Source: a virus
Taxonomy: Duplodnaviria > Caudoviricetes
IMG/VR virus record: IMGVR_UViG_3300008259_003073
DNA: 64,000 bases
Reading direction: 5' to 3' (one strand)
A program made the translations under genes and the position numbers. Positions 18,438-28,700 of the stretch are shown here, in pieces. Under the pieces are notes generated by a model that was not told where the DNA came from, searched no databases, and was given only the letters and a program-made list of their open reading frames with translations. The number at the start of each line of letters is the position of its first letter. Position 1 is the stretch's first letter.

Positions 18438-20165
18438 TTACTTTAATGTTGTTGAGAAATGATTATATACCTGCGCTACTGATGTAGAATTCTGTAATAC
18501 ATTGTAGAATAATACGGCTTGGATACCTCCATTCCAAAATGTTGTTCTTGCACTATTACATCCAATTGTTACAAAGTTAGTAGAAGATGGAGCAGTAAAT
18601 GCTGATGAAGTGAATGTTCCTACTGAACTACCATCAACGTATATGGTACAAGTACCTGATGGTTGGAATGCTGCTGAAATTAAATAGTTTACCCCACTCG
18701 TTAATGATGTGGTTAATTGTGCACTATTTCCTAATGAACTACCATAAAACTTAACTCTATTTAATGTAGAATTATCAGTAGATTCGATTGCTAACCCATA
18801 AAATCCAGCATAATCAAAAATATGTCGCGATGCTACACCCAATGTTGTAGTTGGTCTAATCCAAACGTGGATTGTACCAGTATTTGTATTAAATTGTGAA
18901 TATCCACCATTAATGTTAGTTGTCGTATCTTTGTAGAAGAATTGGTTAGTTCCGTTAAATGTTACAAATGATGCTTTCTTATTTGCACCATTTGTAGATG
19001 TTGGATTACCACCCGTAATTCCCGCATCGTTTATAACACCTGCAGGTCTAACACCTGTATTATATCCACTCAAATCTAACCAGTCTGCTGCTGCAGAACC
19101 TGAATTATAAGATGCCGTTTTATATTGGTCAACATATAATCTTAATCCTGAAGATGGAATATATGGTTGTGTAGTTGTTCCTTTGTTATGAGATATGATA
19201 CCGTTTGCCAAATAAACGTCAGCATTTTCCACATTAAGTGTTACGATTTCAACATCTTCAATTATTACTTCAATATCAGTAATTTCTACCTCATTTAAAC
19301 CAGTTACCGAATCGTATGTTACTACTAAATCACCAATTAATACATCTTCGATATTCTTAAAACGATATTTTTCGATTTCAGAATCCCAAACCCAAAGAGG
19401 GTGAGTTCCAGTTGCTTTTATCAATCCACCATTTAAATCGTAATATCCACTTGCAAAGTTAAATACAATATCTGCTACATTTACTTCTTGATATGAACCA
19501 GATTGATTTTCTAACATATAGAATCTCCAATCAACTTGGTCTGATTCTGGATCCTGGTCTTCATCAGGTAAACCATCAGGTACCCATGCTTTAATAGTAT
19601 CACCTACTGAAAGGTCTTCTACATTTACAAGAGTTCCATCTGCTTTAGTTATTTTTGTTCCAAATAGTAAACAGAAATCTGGTTGGTTAATTGTATTATA
19701 AACATCTACTGCAAATAGGGTTTTGGTAGATGGTGTGTTATATCCAGTTGCTGCCAAATTATAACCATCGGCATAATTTAAAGTCAATACTGAAGATGCT
19801 TCCGAATATGTTGATTGTGCAATAGATGCAGGTGTAATTGGAAATGACGGAGATGCACCTAATGTTGGAGAACCTACTGAAAAGTTTGCGTTATTAAAAG
19901 ATGCAGTATAATTTGCAGCTACACTACCTACTTTCGAACCATGTAATGAACCCGCTGTCCCAAATGAGAATGTTGCGGTTTCTGTTGTAGATTCTACTAT
20001 ATAAGTAAAAGTTGGCAAATTTGGCGTTACGGAGTCTATTGCGAATGAAGTTAGTGAACTATTCGAAGCTCCACCTGATAACCCTCCCAATGAAACTGCT
20101 CCGGCTCTGTTTGAACCACTAACCGCTCTAAATAAATTTCCTAATGATAAATTAGTTCTTGGCAT
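18438..20165 (-). CDS. virion/tail protein with an internal Hint (intein-like) domain and a C-terminal LamG/concanavalin-like domain
   Basis: C165 starts CLLFGTKI, block B is ATGTHPLW, and the domain ends VYLANGIISHN-K (N327). The C-terminus has TIHVWIRP ... CTIYVDG ... GGIQAVLFYN..Q LamG motifs. Confidence 0.75.
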   Translation of the reverse strand: MPRTNLSLGNLFRAVSGSNRAGAVSLGGLSGGASNSSLTSFAIDSVTPNLPTFTYIVESTTETATFSFGTAGSLHGSKVGSVAANYTASFNNANFSVGSPTLGASPSFPITPASIAQSTYSEASSVLTLNYADGYNLAATGYNTPSTKTLFAVDVYNTINQPDFCLLFGTKITKADGTLVNVEDLSVGDTIKAWVPDGLPDEDQDPESDQVDWRFYMLENQSGSYQEVNVADIVFNFASGYYDLNGGLIKATGTHPLWVWDSEIEKYRFKNIEDVLIGDLVVTYDSVTGLNEVEITDIEVIIEDVEIVTLNVENADVYLANGIISHNKGTTTQPYIPSSGLRLYVDQYKTASYNSGSAAADWLDLSGYNTGVRPAGVINDAGITGGNPTSTNGANKKASFVTFNGTNQFFYKDTTTNINGGYSQFNTNTGTIHVWIRPTTTLGVASRHIFDYAGFYGLAIESTDNSTLNRVKFYGSSLGNSAQLTTSLTSGVNYLISAAFQPSGTCTIYVDGSSVGTFTSSAFTAPSSTNFVTIGCNSARTTFWNGGIQAVLFYNVLQNSTSVAQVYNHFSTTLK

Positions 20166-20176
20166 ATTCGTATGTA

Positions 20177-21175
20177 TTATTCTCCGTTATAAATATCTAA
20201 AAGTTTTTCTTTCCATACTTCTTTGTTTGAAAAGTGGTTTATCATCCAACTTTTAAGTTTTTCAAATTCTGTTTTACGGGTTTCGTAATCATCGTTACAA
20301 ATCGTTTGGTAGGTCTGCTTAAATGTTTCCGCATCACTAGCTTTGTATTTGTAGTCAAGTGGAACATGCCAGTCTTCATGTAATATGGGAAGCTTACCCC
20401 AATCCACTGCCTCAAATATACCGTATCCGAAGGGTTCGTACTCAAAACAAGAATGAGAGATTCCCCAATCAAGTCCATAGAACCTTTCTTTAAATTTGTA
20501 ATCAAATTTGTAAACCTTTGACTTTTCGAATTTGAAGCCATATTTCTTTTTATAGTATTTGTTGAATGTTTCTGAATTTGTAGAAATAAATCCACCCAAA
20601 CCATCCATATATTCAACATTCTTTCTACCTTCTACTCTTGCGGCATATCCTATCTCAATAGATTTAGAAAGTTCTTTATTTTGTGTAAATTCATATACAT
20701 TTGGAATGTGATATAAATTTTCTGTTTCGTATGGAAAATGGTATAATCCTACCCAAACTTTATTTTTAATTTTATTAATTAATTCACTTTCGTATTCCCA
20801 ATTACCATACCAATGAAGATATTCATCTTTCTCCATTTGTGCCAATAAAGACACTTTTGTTAAATTGTGGAAAATAATCGAATCAATTTTTTCCAAATTT
20901 TGATGTATAGCTCTGGTTGGAGTGTAATGACCATGTAATATGTGAATACGTCTAGCACTATCTAATATTTTTATAATTTCATCTTCAGATGTTTCCCAAA
21001 TATGTTCAATATCAATAGGGAATTCTTCGTAATTTTGGGGTTTATGTCTATGGAAAAGAAGAAGTGGCTTCACTTCTAAATGAGGAGCCACTTCTTTTAT
21101 CCATTCGGTTACCCACATATCAGCACCGCTATTGAACCAAGGACCTCCAGCGGTGGTGTAGTACACATCATACAT
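20177..21175 (-). CDS. glycosyltransferase, GT-B/GT4-like
   Basis: N-terminal GGPWFNSGADMWV and the donor-binding signature EPFGYGIFEAVDWGKLPIL. Confidence 0.7.
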   Translation of the reverse strand: MYDVYYTTAGGPWFNSGADMWVTEWIKEVAPHLEVKPLLLFHRHKPQNYEEFPIDIEHIWETSEDEIIKILDSARRIHILHGHYTPTRAIHQNLEKIDSIIFHNLTKVSLLAQMEKDEYLHWYGNWEYESELINKIKNKVWVGLYHFPYETENLYHIPNVYEFTQNKELSKSIEIGYAARVEGRKNVEYMDGLGGFISTNSETFNKYYKKKYGFKFEKSKVYKFDYKFKERFYGLDWGISHSCFEYEPFGYGIFEAVDWGKLPILHEDWHVPLDYKYKASDAETFKQTYQTICNDDYETRKTEFEKLKSWMINHFSNKEVWKEKLLDIYNGE

Positions 21176-21178
21176 TGA

Positions 21179-24049
21179 TTATAAACCTTTGTTATTTCTA
21201 CAATTATTTAAATCTATTCTTAATTGCTCTATTTGTAATTGTTGTTCTTTAATACCTTCAATTAGTAATGCTACTAACTTATCGTATTTAACTGCTTTGA
21301 ATCCACTTTCTCTCGTCTGAACTAATTGTGGTAATACTGCTTCAATTTCTTGTGCAATTACACCCACATCGTTTCCTTCGTATCCGTGCTCAACTTTATT
21401 TTCTTCTTTCCAATCGTAAGTGTTACCACTAATCTTTCTGATTTTGTCGATTGCGTTTTCAATTGGTTTGATGTTTTCTTTGAAACGAATATCAGAAGAT
21501 GAGAATGCTACAACATCATTTGCCGCATCAATTCTACCAGCGGTAGCGGATGCTGTCATACCAATACCCAATGAGTTGAATTGTACGTTAGATGATGTTG
21601 CTACTGCTTGTCCGATTGCAATTGTTGGGGTTGCTCCCTCACCACTATTATTTGTAATAGTAACACCAGTTCCTTGTACCAAAGATGCTACATAATCACC
21701 CGTTGTATCAGTGCCCAATGCAACTTGATTTGCCGCTACCGTAGTTGCAAATGAAACATTACCTAAATTTGTAATAGTTCCTGTACCAGTTACATCACCA
21801 GTTAAAGTGATTGTAATATCAGTACCTTCCAAATTACTTAATCTTGTTAATGCAGAAGAACTAAATGCTTCTAAATTAGCAGTTTCAACTTCCAATACAC
21901 CTAATCTAGTGATTGCAGAACCACTTGCAGTTGATAATTGGTCTAATCTACTCGTTTGTGTAGTGTTAGTCGTATCATTTGATGCGGTGTATGAGTTTAA
22001 TGAACTCAATATGCCGATTACTTGCGATGAACCACTAACAACCGTTTCTGCATTTAATCTTGTCTTAATTGTTGTATTAATAGAAGATGTAAATAATTCT
22101 AAATTAGCAGCTTCAACTTCTAATGCCGATAATCTAGTTAATGCAGAAGAACTAAATGATTCTAAATTAGCAGTTTCAATTAGTAAACTCGCAGTTGTGG
22201 AGTTTACATTTGAATTAAATACTGAAATATCAACTCCATCAACTGTTCCTGATATTGTTATACTACCAGTTACTGCTACATTTGAACCCAATGAAATTGT
22301 AGTTCCATCATCAAATATATTTGAATCTACGATATGCTCTTTACCAGTTCCTTTTACTAATCTATTATTTGTTAAGTAAGTTTCATTACCTAAATTATTA
22401 TAAGTTTCAGGACCCATCAATAGAACCGATGATGTTGTATCAGTTCCATTTCCTCTGTGAATAAATAGAAGTTCGTCTTGTACCGCATCGTATAGGAATG
22501 AACCAGAACCACCAGATGAACCACTGTCTATAATTTGTAATCCTGCAAATCTAGATGATGGAGTTGCTGTATTTAATGTTACAATTGATGCTCCAATTAC
22601 TAAATTTGAAGAACTAATAGTTTGAATTGATGAAGAACCTAATACAATTAAATCTTCTGTTACAGTCAATGAACCACTAACAGTTTGAGAACCGTTAAAT
22701 GTATTTGTTGAATTTGTTCTTGCAAAAGTCCCACTAACTGCCTCATTTGCTGCAACTCTTTGTGTTAAACTTGCAGTTGTAGAGTTTAAGTTTGTTATTG
22801 AAATATCTTGTGAGTCATTTGTAGTTTTAGCAGCTGATGCCGAACTAATTAATGAACCTGTGATAGTTGCTAATGCACTATTTTGAGTTAATTGCGAACC
22901 ACTAAAATTATTTAAATTTGATACTGAAATATTTAAACTAGCGGTAGTTGATTCTAAATTAGTTAATCTACCATCTTGTGAGTCATTTGTAGTTTTAGCA
23001 GCTGATGCTGAACTAATTAATGAACCACTTATTGTTGATAAAGCAGTATCAAATGCGGAAAATCCAGTTGTTGATTGTAAAGTTACTTGAGATGAACCAC
23101 TTACAACCCCATTTGTTGCTGCAATGGAACCAGTGATGTTTGCACGAATTGAGCCCGATATTTCAACTACCGAACCACTATTACCTATAGTAATAAACTC
23201 ACTATTATATGCTCCAATTTGTACATAATCACCATATACTAATGCTTGTGATTGTCCATTTTTTAAATCTTGGACAGATACATTTGCTGTATTGCCACCA
23301 AGTACCCCTCCCGAAGGATATGCCTGCATATGTGCTCTGAATGGTGATACATTTAATTCCGCACCATAAGTTGGATTAGAATCATTATCAAAAGAATGTA
23401 TTTGTAAAGAATGTTCGTATGTATCCGTACCATCATTCCAATGTTCAATTGCAATACCAATACCTTCATAAGGTCTGCCATTAGATGCAGTAAATGGTGC
23501 AAGTCTTAAAAAGTGTGACTCGCTTCCTACTGATGGCCATCCTCTTGTAAATTCTATATTAGAACCACTTGCAATCAATGAACCAGTTATACTTACACCG
23601 TTTGAAAAGTTTTGAGAACCATCTGCATTAGCAGATAATGTAGATATAACTGTATTATTTGCTACAAATTTAATAGAGCCTGTTGAAACATACAAATCTC
23701 TCCAAACTTTAGTAGCAGAACCTAAATCAAATGCATTTGTAGTTTGTGGGATAAGTGAAGAACTTAAAGATGCTACAACATTTACAGTATCTGCAGTTGC
23801 ATCACCAATTGTAATAGCTCCACCAATTGTTACGTTACCTCCAATGTTTGCGTTGCCAGTAATATCCAATCCAGAACCTGAAATAGGTCCGAAATTTCCT
23901 GTGCTACCTGTACCACCTGCTGATAAAACGATGTCTCCGTTTGGACCACCGACTAATAGAGTTCCTAATGTTGTGTTTACGAATGGTTCTCCGAATGCTA
24001 ACGAACCTGATTGTTGTGCGGTTGTCCCACGTCTAAATTTAAGTGCCAT
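21179..24049 (-). CDS. tail fibre protein with a C-terminal Peptidase S74 intramolecular chaperone
   Basis: N-terminus LKFRRGT...LAFGEP; S/T-rich coiled-coil repeats; C-terminus SSDIRFKENI...Y.WK...VGVIAQEIE.VLPQLV...AVKYDKLVALLIEGIKE. Confidence 0.85.
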   Translation of the reverse strand: MALKFRRGTTAQQSGSLAFGEPFVNTTLGTLLVGGPNGDIVLSAGGTGSTGNFGPISGSGLDITGNANIGGNVTIGGAITIGDATADTVNVVASLSSSLIPQTTNAFDLGSATKVWRDLYVSTGSIKFVANNTVISTLSANADGSQNFSNGVSITGSLIASGSNIEFTRGWPSVGSESHFLRLAPFTASNGRPYEGIGIAIEHWNDGTDTYEHSLQIHSFDNDSNPTYGAELNVSPFRAHMQAYPSGGVLGGNTANVSVQDLKNGQSQALVYGDYVQIGAYNSEFITIGNSGSVVEISGSIRANITGSIAATNGVVSGSSQVTLQSTTGFSAFDTALSTISGSLISSASAAKTTNDSQDGRLTNLESTTASLNISVSNLNNFSGSQLTQNSALATITGSLISSASAAKTTNDSQDISITNLNSTTASLTQRVAANEAVSGTFARTNSTNTFNGSQTVSGSLTVTEDLIVLGSSSIQTISSSNLVIGASIVTLNTATPSSRFAGLQIIDSGSSGGSGSFLYDAVQDELLFIHRGNGTDTTSSVLLMGPETYNNLGNETYLTNNRLVKGTGKEHIVDSNIFDDGTTISLGSNVAVTGSITISGTVDGVDISVFNSNVNSTTASLLIETANLESFSSSALTRLSALEVEAANLELFTSSINTTIKTRLNAETVVSGSSQVIGILSSLNSYTASNDTTNTTQTSRLDQLSTASGSAITRLGVLEVETANLEAFSSSALTRLSNLEGTDITITLTGDVTGTGTITNLGNVSFATTVAANQVALGTDTTGDYVASLVQGTGVTITNNSGEGATPTIAIGQAVATSSNVQFNSLGIGMTASATAGRIDAANDVVAFSSSDIRFKENIKPIENAIDKIRKISGNTYDWKEENKVEHGYEGNDVGVIAQEIEAVLPQLVQTRESGFKAVKYDKLVALLIEGIKEQQLQIEQLRIDLNNCRNNKGL

Positions 24050-24105
24050 CTAGTTTACCTTTTTTTTAGTACGTTAATAAAATTATTATGTATGTGTATA
24101 AATAT

Positions 24106-25701
24106 CTATTTATTTTCCAATACTTTAATTTTAGCTGATAATTCTTTGATTGCCTCAATTAGTAATGGAACTATTTTTTCATATTGAACTGCTTTAAATC
24201 CGTTATCTCTATTTGTTACAATTTGTGGAAGTATTTGTTCAATTTCTTGTGCAATTACCCCAACATCATTTCCTTTATGAGAATGAACTACATCATATCC
24301 CTCTTTCCAATCGTAAGTGTTACCACTAATTGATTCAACTTTTTCTAATGCATTTTGAATTGGTTGGATATTTTCTTTTAATCTAATATCAGATGAATAA
24401 AATGCAGTAATATCTCCAGTTGCTCTAATCTCACCAGTAGTTGTTGATGCGGCAGTTCCTATACCCAATGAATTGAATTGTGGATTTGCATCGGTTTTTA
24501 TACTCTGTGCTAATGTCAATGTTACATCTGCACTTTCCAATCCGGAACCCGCAGCAGTTAAACCATTAGAAGTATTGCCCGTAATAGTTTGAACATAATT
24601 ACCAGATGTTCTCGTTCCTAATGCAATATCACCCGTTGTGGATGCTACATTGATTTGAGATGAACCAGAAACAACACCATCCGTATTTAATTTATCTTTA
24701 ATAGTTGTATTAATGGATGATGTAAATGTATTTAAACTCCCAGTCGAAGTTTCTAATAAACCTAATCTAGTATTTGCTGATGATGTAAATGTTTCTATAT
24801 TTGTTATAGAAATTTTAGCAGAAGCAGAAAATGTATTTAATTCAGTTAAAATTGATATTATTTGAGATGAACCCGATACAATCCCCGCAGGTATATTTGA
24901 TAAATTAGGATACGAAACTTGTGATGAACCAGATACTAATGTAGTTCCAGTTGCGTAAAATGTTCCGTTTACAACCGAATTTGACCCAAGAGTTATTAAA
25001 GTTCCAGTATCAGTGATATTTGAATCATTGAGGTGTTCTTTACCACTTCCTTTTGGTACTCTATTATTTGTAAGATAGGTTTCATTTCCTAAATCATCGT
25101 ATGTTTCAGGTCCTAATAGGAAATGGGATGATGTTACATTTGTTCCATTACCTCTGTGTACAAATATGAATTCATCTTGAAGTGCATCATATAGGAATGA
25201 ACCAGATTGTCCTGCGGAACCACTATCGATTACTGCAATACCACCAAATCTTACCGATGGTTGATTTACTGCTACAGTAATTAAATTAGTTCCAATATCT
25301 AAAGTAGATGAACTAATATGTTGTATAGATGATGAACCCAAAACTACAAAATCTTGAGTTACAGTTAATGAACCACTAATTATTTGATTATCAGTAAATG
25401 TATTTACCGCAGCTAATCTTGCAAAACTAGATGTTAATTGAGAAGAACCCGAAACTACACCTTCTGGAAGATTTGAACTAACGCTTCCTATTTGTAATTG
25501 AGTCCAACCATTTGAATTTCCAACATTTGTGGTATCAGTCAATACCCATATTGTGTTACTATCTTGTTGAAAAACTAGTAACCCTTCATATACATTAGCA
25601 GATGATAAAGCGTAACGGGCAGTCTGGTCCGCTAATGTTATTCTAGCATCAACGGGTTCGTTGTTAGTTATGTTAAATCCACCAGGTAATATAATTGCCA
25701 T
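24106..25701 (-). CDS. tail fibre protein with a C-terminal Peptidase S74 chaperone (paralogue)
   Basis: SSDIRLKENI...VGVIAQEIEQILPQIV...AVQYEKIVPLLIEAIKE; shares the HRGNGT..TSS..L.GPETY..LGNETYLTNNR module with 21179..24049. Confidence 0.85.
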   Translation of the reverse strand: MAIILPGGFNITNNEPVDARITLADQTARYALSSANVYEGLLVFQQDSNTIWVLTDTTNVGNSNGWTQLQIGSVSSNLPEGVVSGSSQLTSSFARLAAVNTFTDNQIISGSLTVTQDFVVLGSSSIQHISSSTLDIGTNLITVAVNQPSVRFGGIAVIDSGSAGQSGSFLYDALQDEFIFVHRGNGTNVTSSHFLLGPETYDDLGNETYLTNNRVPKGSGKEHLNDSNITDTGTLITLGSNSVVNGTFYATGTTLVSGSSQVSYPNLSNIPAGIVSGSSQIISILTELNTFSASAKISITNIETFTSSANTRLGLLETSTGSLNTFTSSINTTIKDKLNTDGVVSGSSQINVASTTGDIALGTRTSGNYVQTITGNTSNGLTAAGSGLESADVTLTLAQSIKTDANPQFNSLGIGTAASTTTGEIRATGDITAFYSSDIRLKENIQPIQNALEKVESISGNTYDWKEGYDVVHSHKGNDVGVIAQEIEQILPQIVTNRDNGFKAVQYEKIVPLLIEAIKELSAKIKVLENK

Positions 25702-25715
25702 TTCTTATTTTTATT

Positions 25716-28700
25716 TTATGTTAATGTATATGTTATGCTACTTCCTGCACCACCTGCATTCGGAACAGTTGTTCTGTAAACCTTATACTGTCCAATCGTT
25801 GTTAATGTAAATTGTCCTAATACCGCAAAACCACTCGTTGAGATACCTGTTAAGTTTGGTCTTGCTGAATCAAATACTATATAAAGATATTTATCACCCG
25901 TCCAACTAATTGTTAGGGTTTGTCCACTTGCAGTAGTTGTTCCTTTTGATATTGTACCAATTGAACCACCCAATGTAGTATCCCATGCTCCAATATTTTC
26001 CAATTCTCCGGCAGTAAATGAAGATGCGTCACTTGCACCATATCTTAAACTTCTAATTTTTGTATAAGTAGTAGTTGTCGTAGATGTGGTTGTTAAATCT
26101 GGTATATTATCACCTATTGGAGATGCGTAGTTCGCAGTAGCGGTTATACTAATTGAAGTAGAACCCGTTGCAGAACCTGTCACAAAGTATGGTGTACTAA
26201 CATTTGTTGTAGTATTTACCAAATTCCAACTATTAGATGGGTCTGCTGATGAAGATGTGAATGAAATACTACCAGTCGCACCTTGTTCGATTTGATTTGA
26301 TGATGCCCCTAACTGAACTGTCGCAGTTGGTGTCAACGTAGGAGAAGCGGGGCTTGATTTGGAAATTGTTCCAGTAGCCGTAGTTGACGTTTTATACAAA
26401 GTACCATCTAATGGAGAACTTGCAGTATATTCTAATCTATATGTATGTGAACCAGATGTAGTTGTACTGAATGATAATGATGTTCCACTACCAACTTCAG
26501 TTAATAAAGTAGAACCTTCGTATAAAGATGCACTTACTAATGTATATCCCTGATTACTCCAAGTACCATTTACAATGTACGCATCATTTACATTATTAAA
26601 TCTATCTGTTAAAAATCCACTTAAAGATGTTGCTATTGATGTTGGTATTGCTGGAGTTCCGAAAATAAATTTCAAAGTTCCATTTATAAATGTTACTGCC
26701 ACATTACTATCAAAATCTGCCACTTCGATTCCTGTTAATTGTTCTATACTATTTGTTACATAATTGATATATCCACTACTTGATTCTAATGCTGCAATAG
26801 ATGCGGATACGGATTCACTAAAAGATGATGTAAATGTATTTAAATTTTCAATCGAAATTTTAGCAGAAGCAGAAAATGTATTTAATTGTGTTAAAGGATT
26901 TCCTCCACTAATTCCACCAATTCCTTCTAAATACACAAGTCTTTCTTCGTGGTCTTTAACAGACGATGTCATCAATGATGCACTTATATATGATTGAGAT
27001 GCGGATATTATTAATGAACCCGTAATCGTTGCTAATGCAGTATTTTGAGTTAATTGAGAACCTGTGAAATTATTTAAACTTGCAGTAGTTTGGTAAATAG
27101 ATTCCAACGAAGCGGTTACACTTGCACTAAATAAATTTATAGATGCAGTAGTTTGGTAAACGGATTCCAACGAAGCAGTTACACTTGCACTAAAATTATT
27201 TAAACTTGCGGTAGTTTGGTAAACGGATTCTAATGATGATGTTACACTTGCACTAAAATTATTTAAACTTGCCGTAGTTTCGTAAATAGAACTCAACGAA
27301 GCAGTTACACTTGCACTAAAATTATTTAAACTTGCGGTAGTTTGGTAAACGGATTCTAATGATGATGTTACACTTGCACTAAATAAATTTAAAGATGCTG
27401 ATGATTGGTGAATACTTGCCAAATCATTATTTACAGATTGAGTATATAAATTTAAACTCGCAGTCGTCTGATATACGGAAACCAATGAAGCCGTTACACT
27501 TGCACTAAATAAGTTTAATGAAGAGGTAGTTTGATAAATGGATTCTAATGAAGTGGTTACACTTGCACTAAAATTATTTAAACTTGCCGTAGTTTGATTT
27601 AAAGAGGCAGTTGTATTATTTATTTCAGTTAATTGTAGTGAAGATGTAAATACACTATCACCACCTGCTAAAAGTATTTTTGATTCAGCTCCTTTTTTAC
27701 CAGCCTTCCAATAATCGATTGTACTATCCCATAACAATGAACCCGATAGTAAAGAACCACCAGTTGCATCCGTTACTTCAATACCCGCTTGGGTTTGAGA
27801 ATATCCATAATTTAATTGTATTATGTTATCTCCAATATTAACTTCATTACTATGAACTGTTGTAGTTACACCTAATACTGATAAATTTCCTAAAATGGTT
27901 GTATTAACACCATCAACTGTGATTGCAGTTTTTAAAGATGATGTATAGGAATTTAAACTAGCCGTAGTTTGATATATAGATTCTAATGATGAGGTTACAC
28001 TTGCACTAAAATTATTTAGTGGATTTAATATAGATATTATTTGTGATGAACCTGATACTAGCGTTGGTTTATTTAGAACATTTGCAAATTCTACGTCAGC
28101 AGCGGTTACACCAGTCAATCCACTACCATCCCCAACAAATGAAGAACTAATTACCGATGCACTTACATATCCACTAAAGTATGTATTAGATGAACTAATC
28201 AATAGTTCATTTACATTTGCACTGATTGTGTATTCGGATGTAGTTGTTACTTCACCTAATCCAGCCAATTTCAAACTTGCCAATCCTTCTCTTGCGGTTA
28301 AATTAGCCTGTGTAAATGTACCACCTACCAATACATTATCATTTGGTAGAAGTGTTACCGAGTTTACACTACCTGTGTTTAATCTATATGTACTAGTAGA
28401 AAATCCATCTATGAGACTTCCATTATCATAATCTACTATTATAAATCTATTAGTGGTTTGATATGATGCTAGAGGATTTCCAAGACTGGTAAAACTACCA
28501 CCTATTAATATTTTATCACCATCGTAAAAATCAAAATCATTTACATATTGTACTCCTGGAGTATTTTGGTCTGAACCACTTATGTATAGTCTAAATCCAT
28601 TATCATATGCACCCCTTCCAAAAGCCACATCATCGGTTGTTAATCTTGCAAATCCGGCATTTCTACCTTGTGCTCCTACTCTAGTATCTTTAAATCTACC

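Noticed and set aside
19185-19673. Mobile intein with homing endonuclease
   Set aside because: The domain is only 163 aa, with no LAGLIDADG/HNH insert and no +1 nucleophile, so it is treated as a host-protein Hint domain rather than a mobile element.
20242-20619. Alternative-frame minus-strand ORFs (2905..3192, 20242..20619, 44552..44734)
   Set aside because: They are fully nested in other frames of longer genes with recognisable products, and I saw no slippery site or start context linking them.
27070-27582. Regularly spaced repeats resembling a CRISPR array
   Set aside because: The period is exactly 63 nt with no unique spacers, and the repeats are in-frame coding units of a fibre protein.
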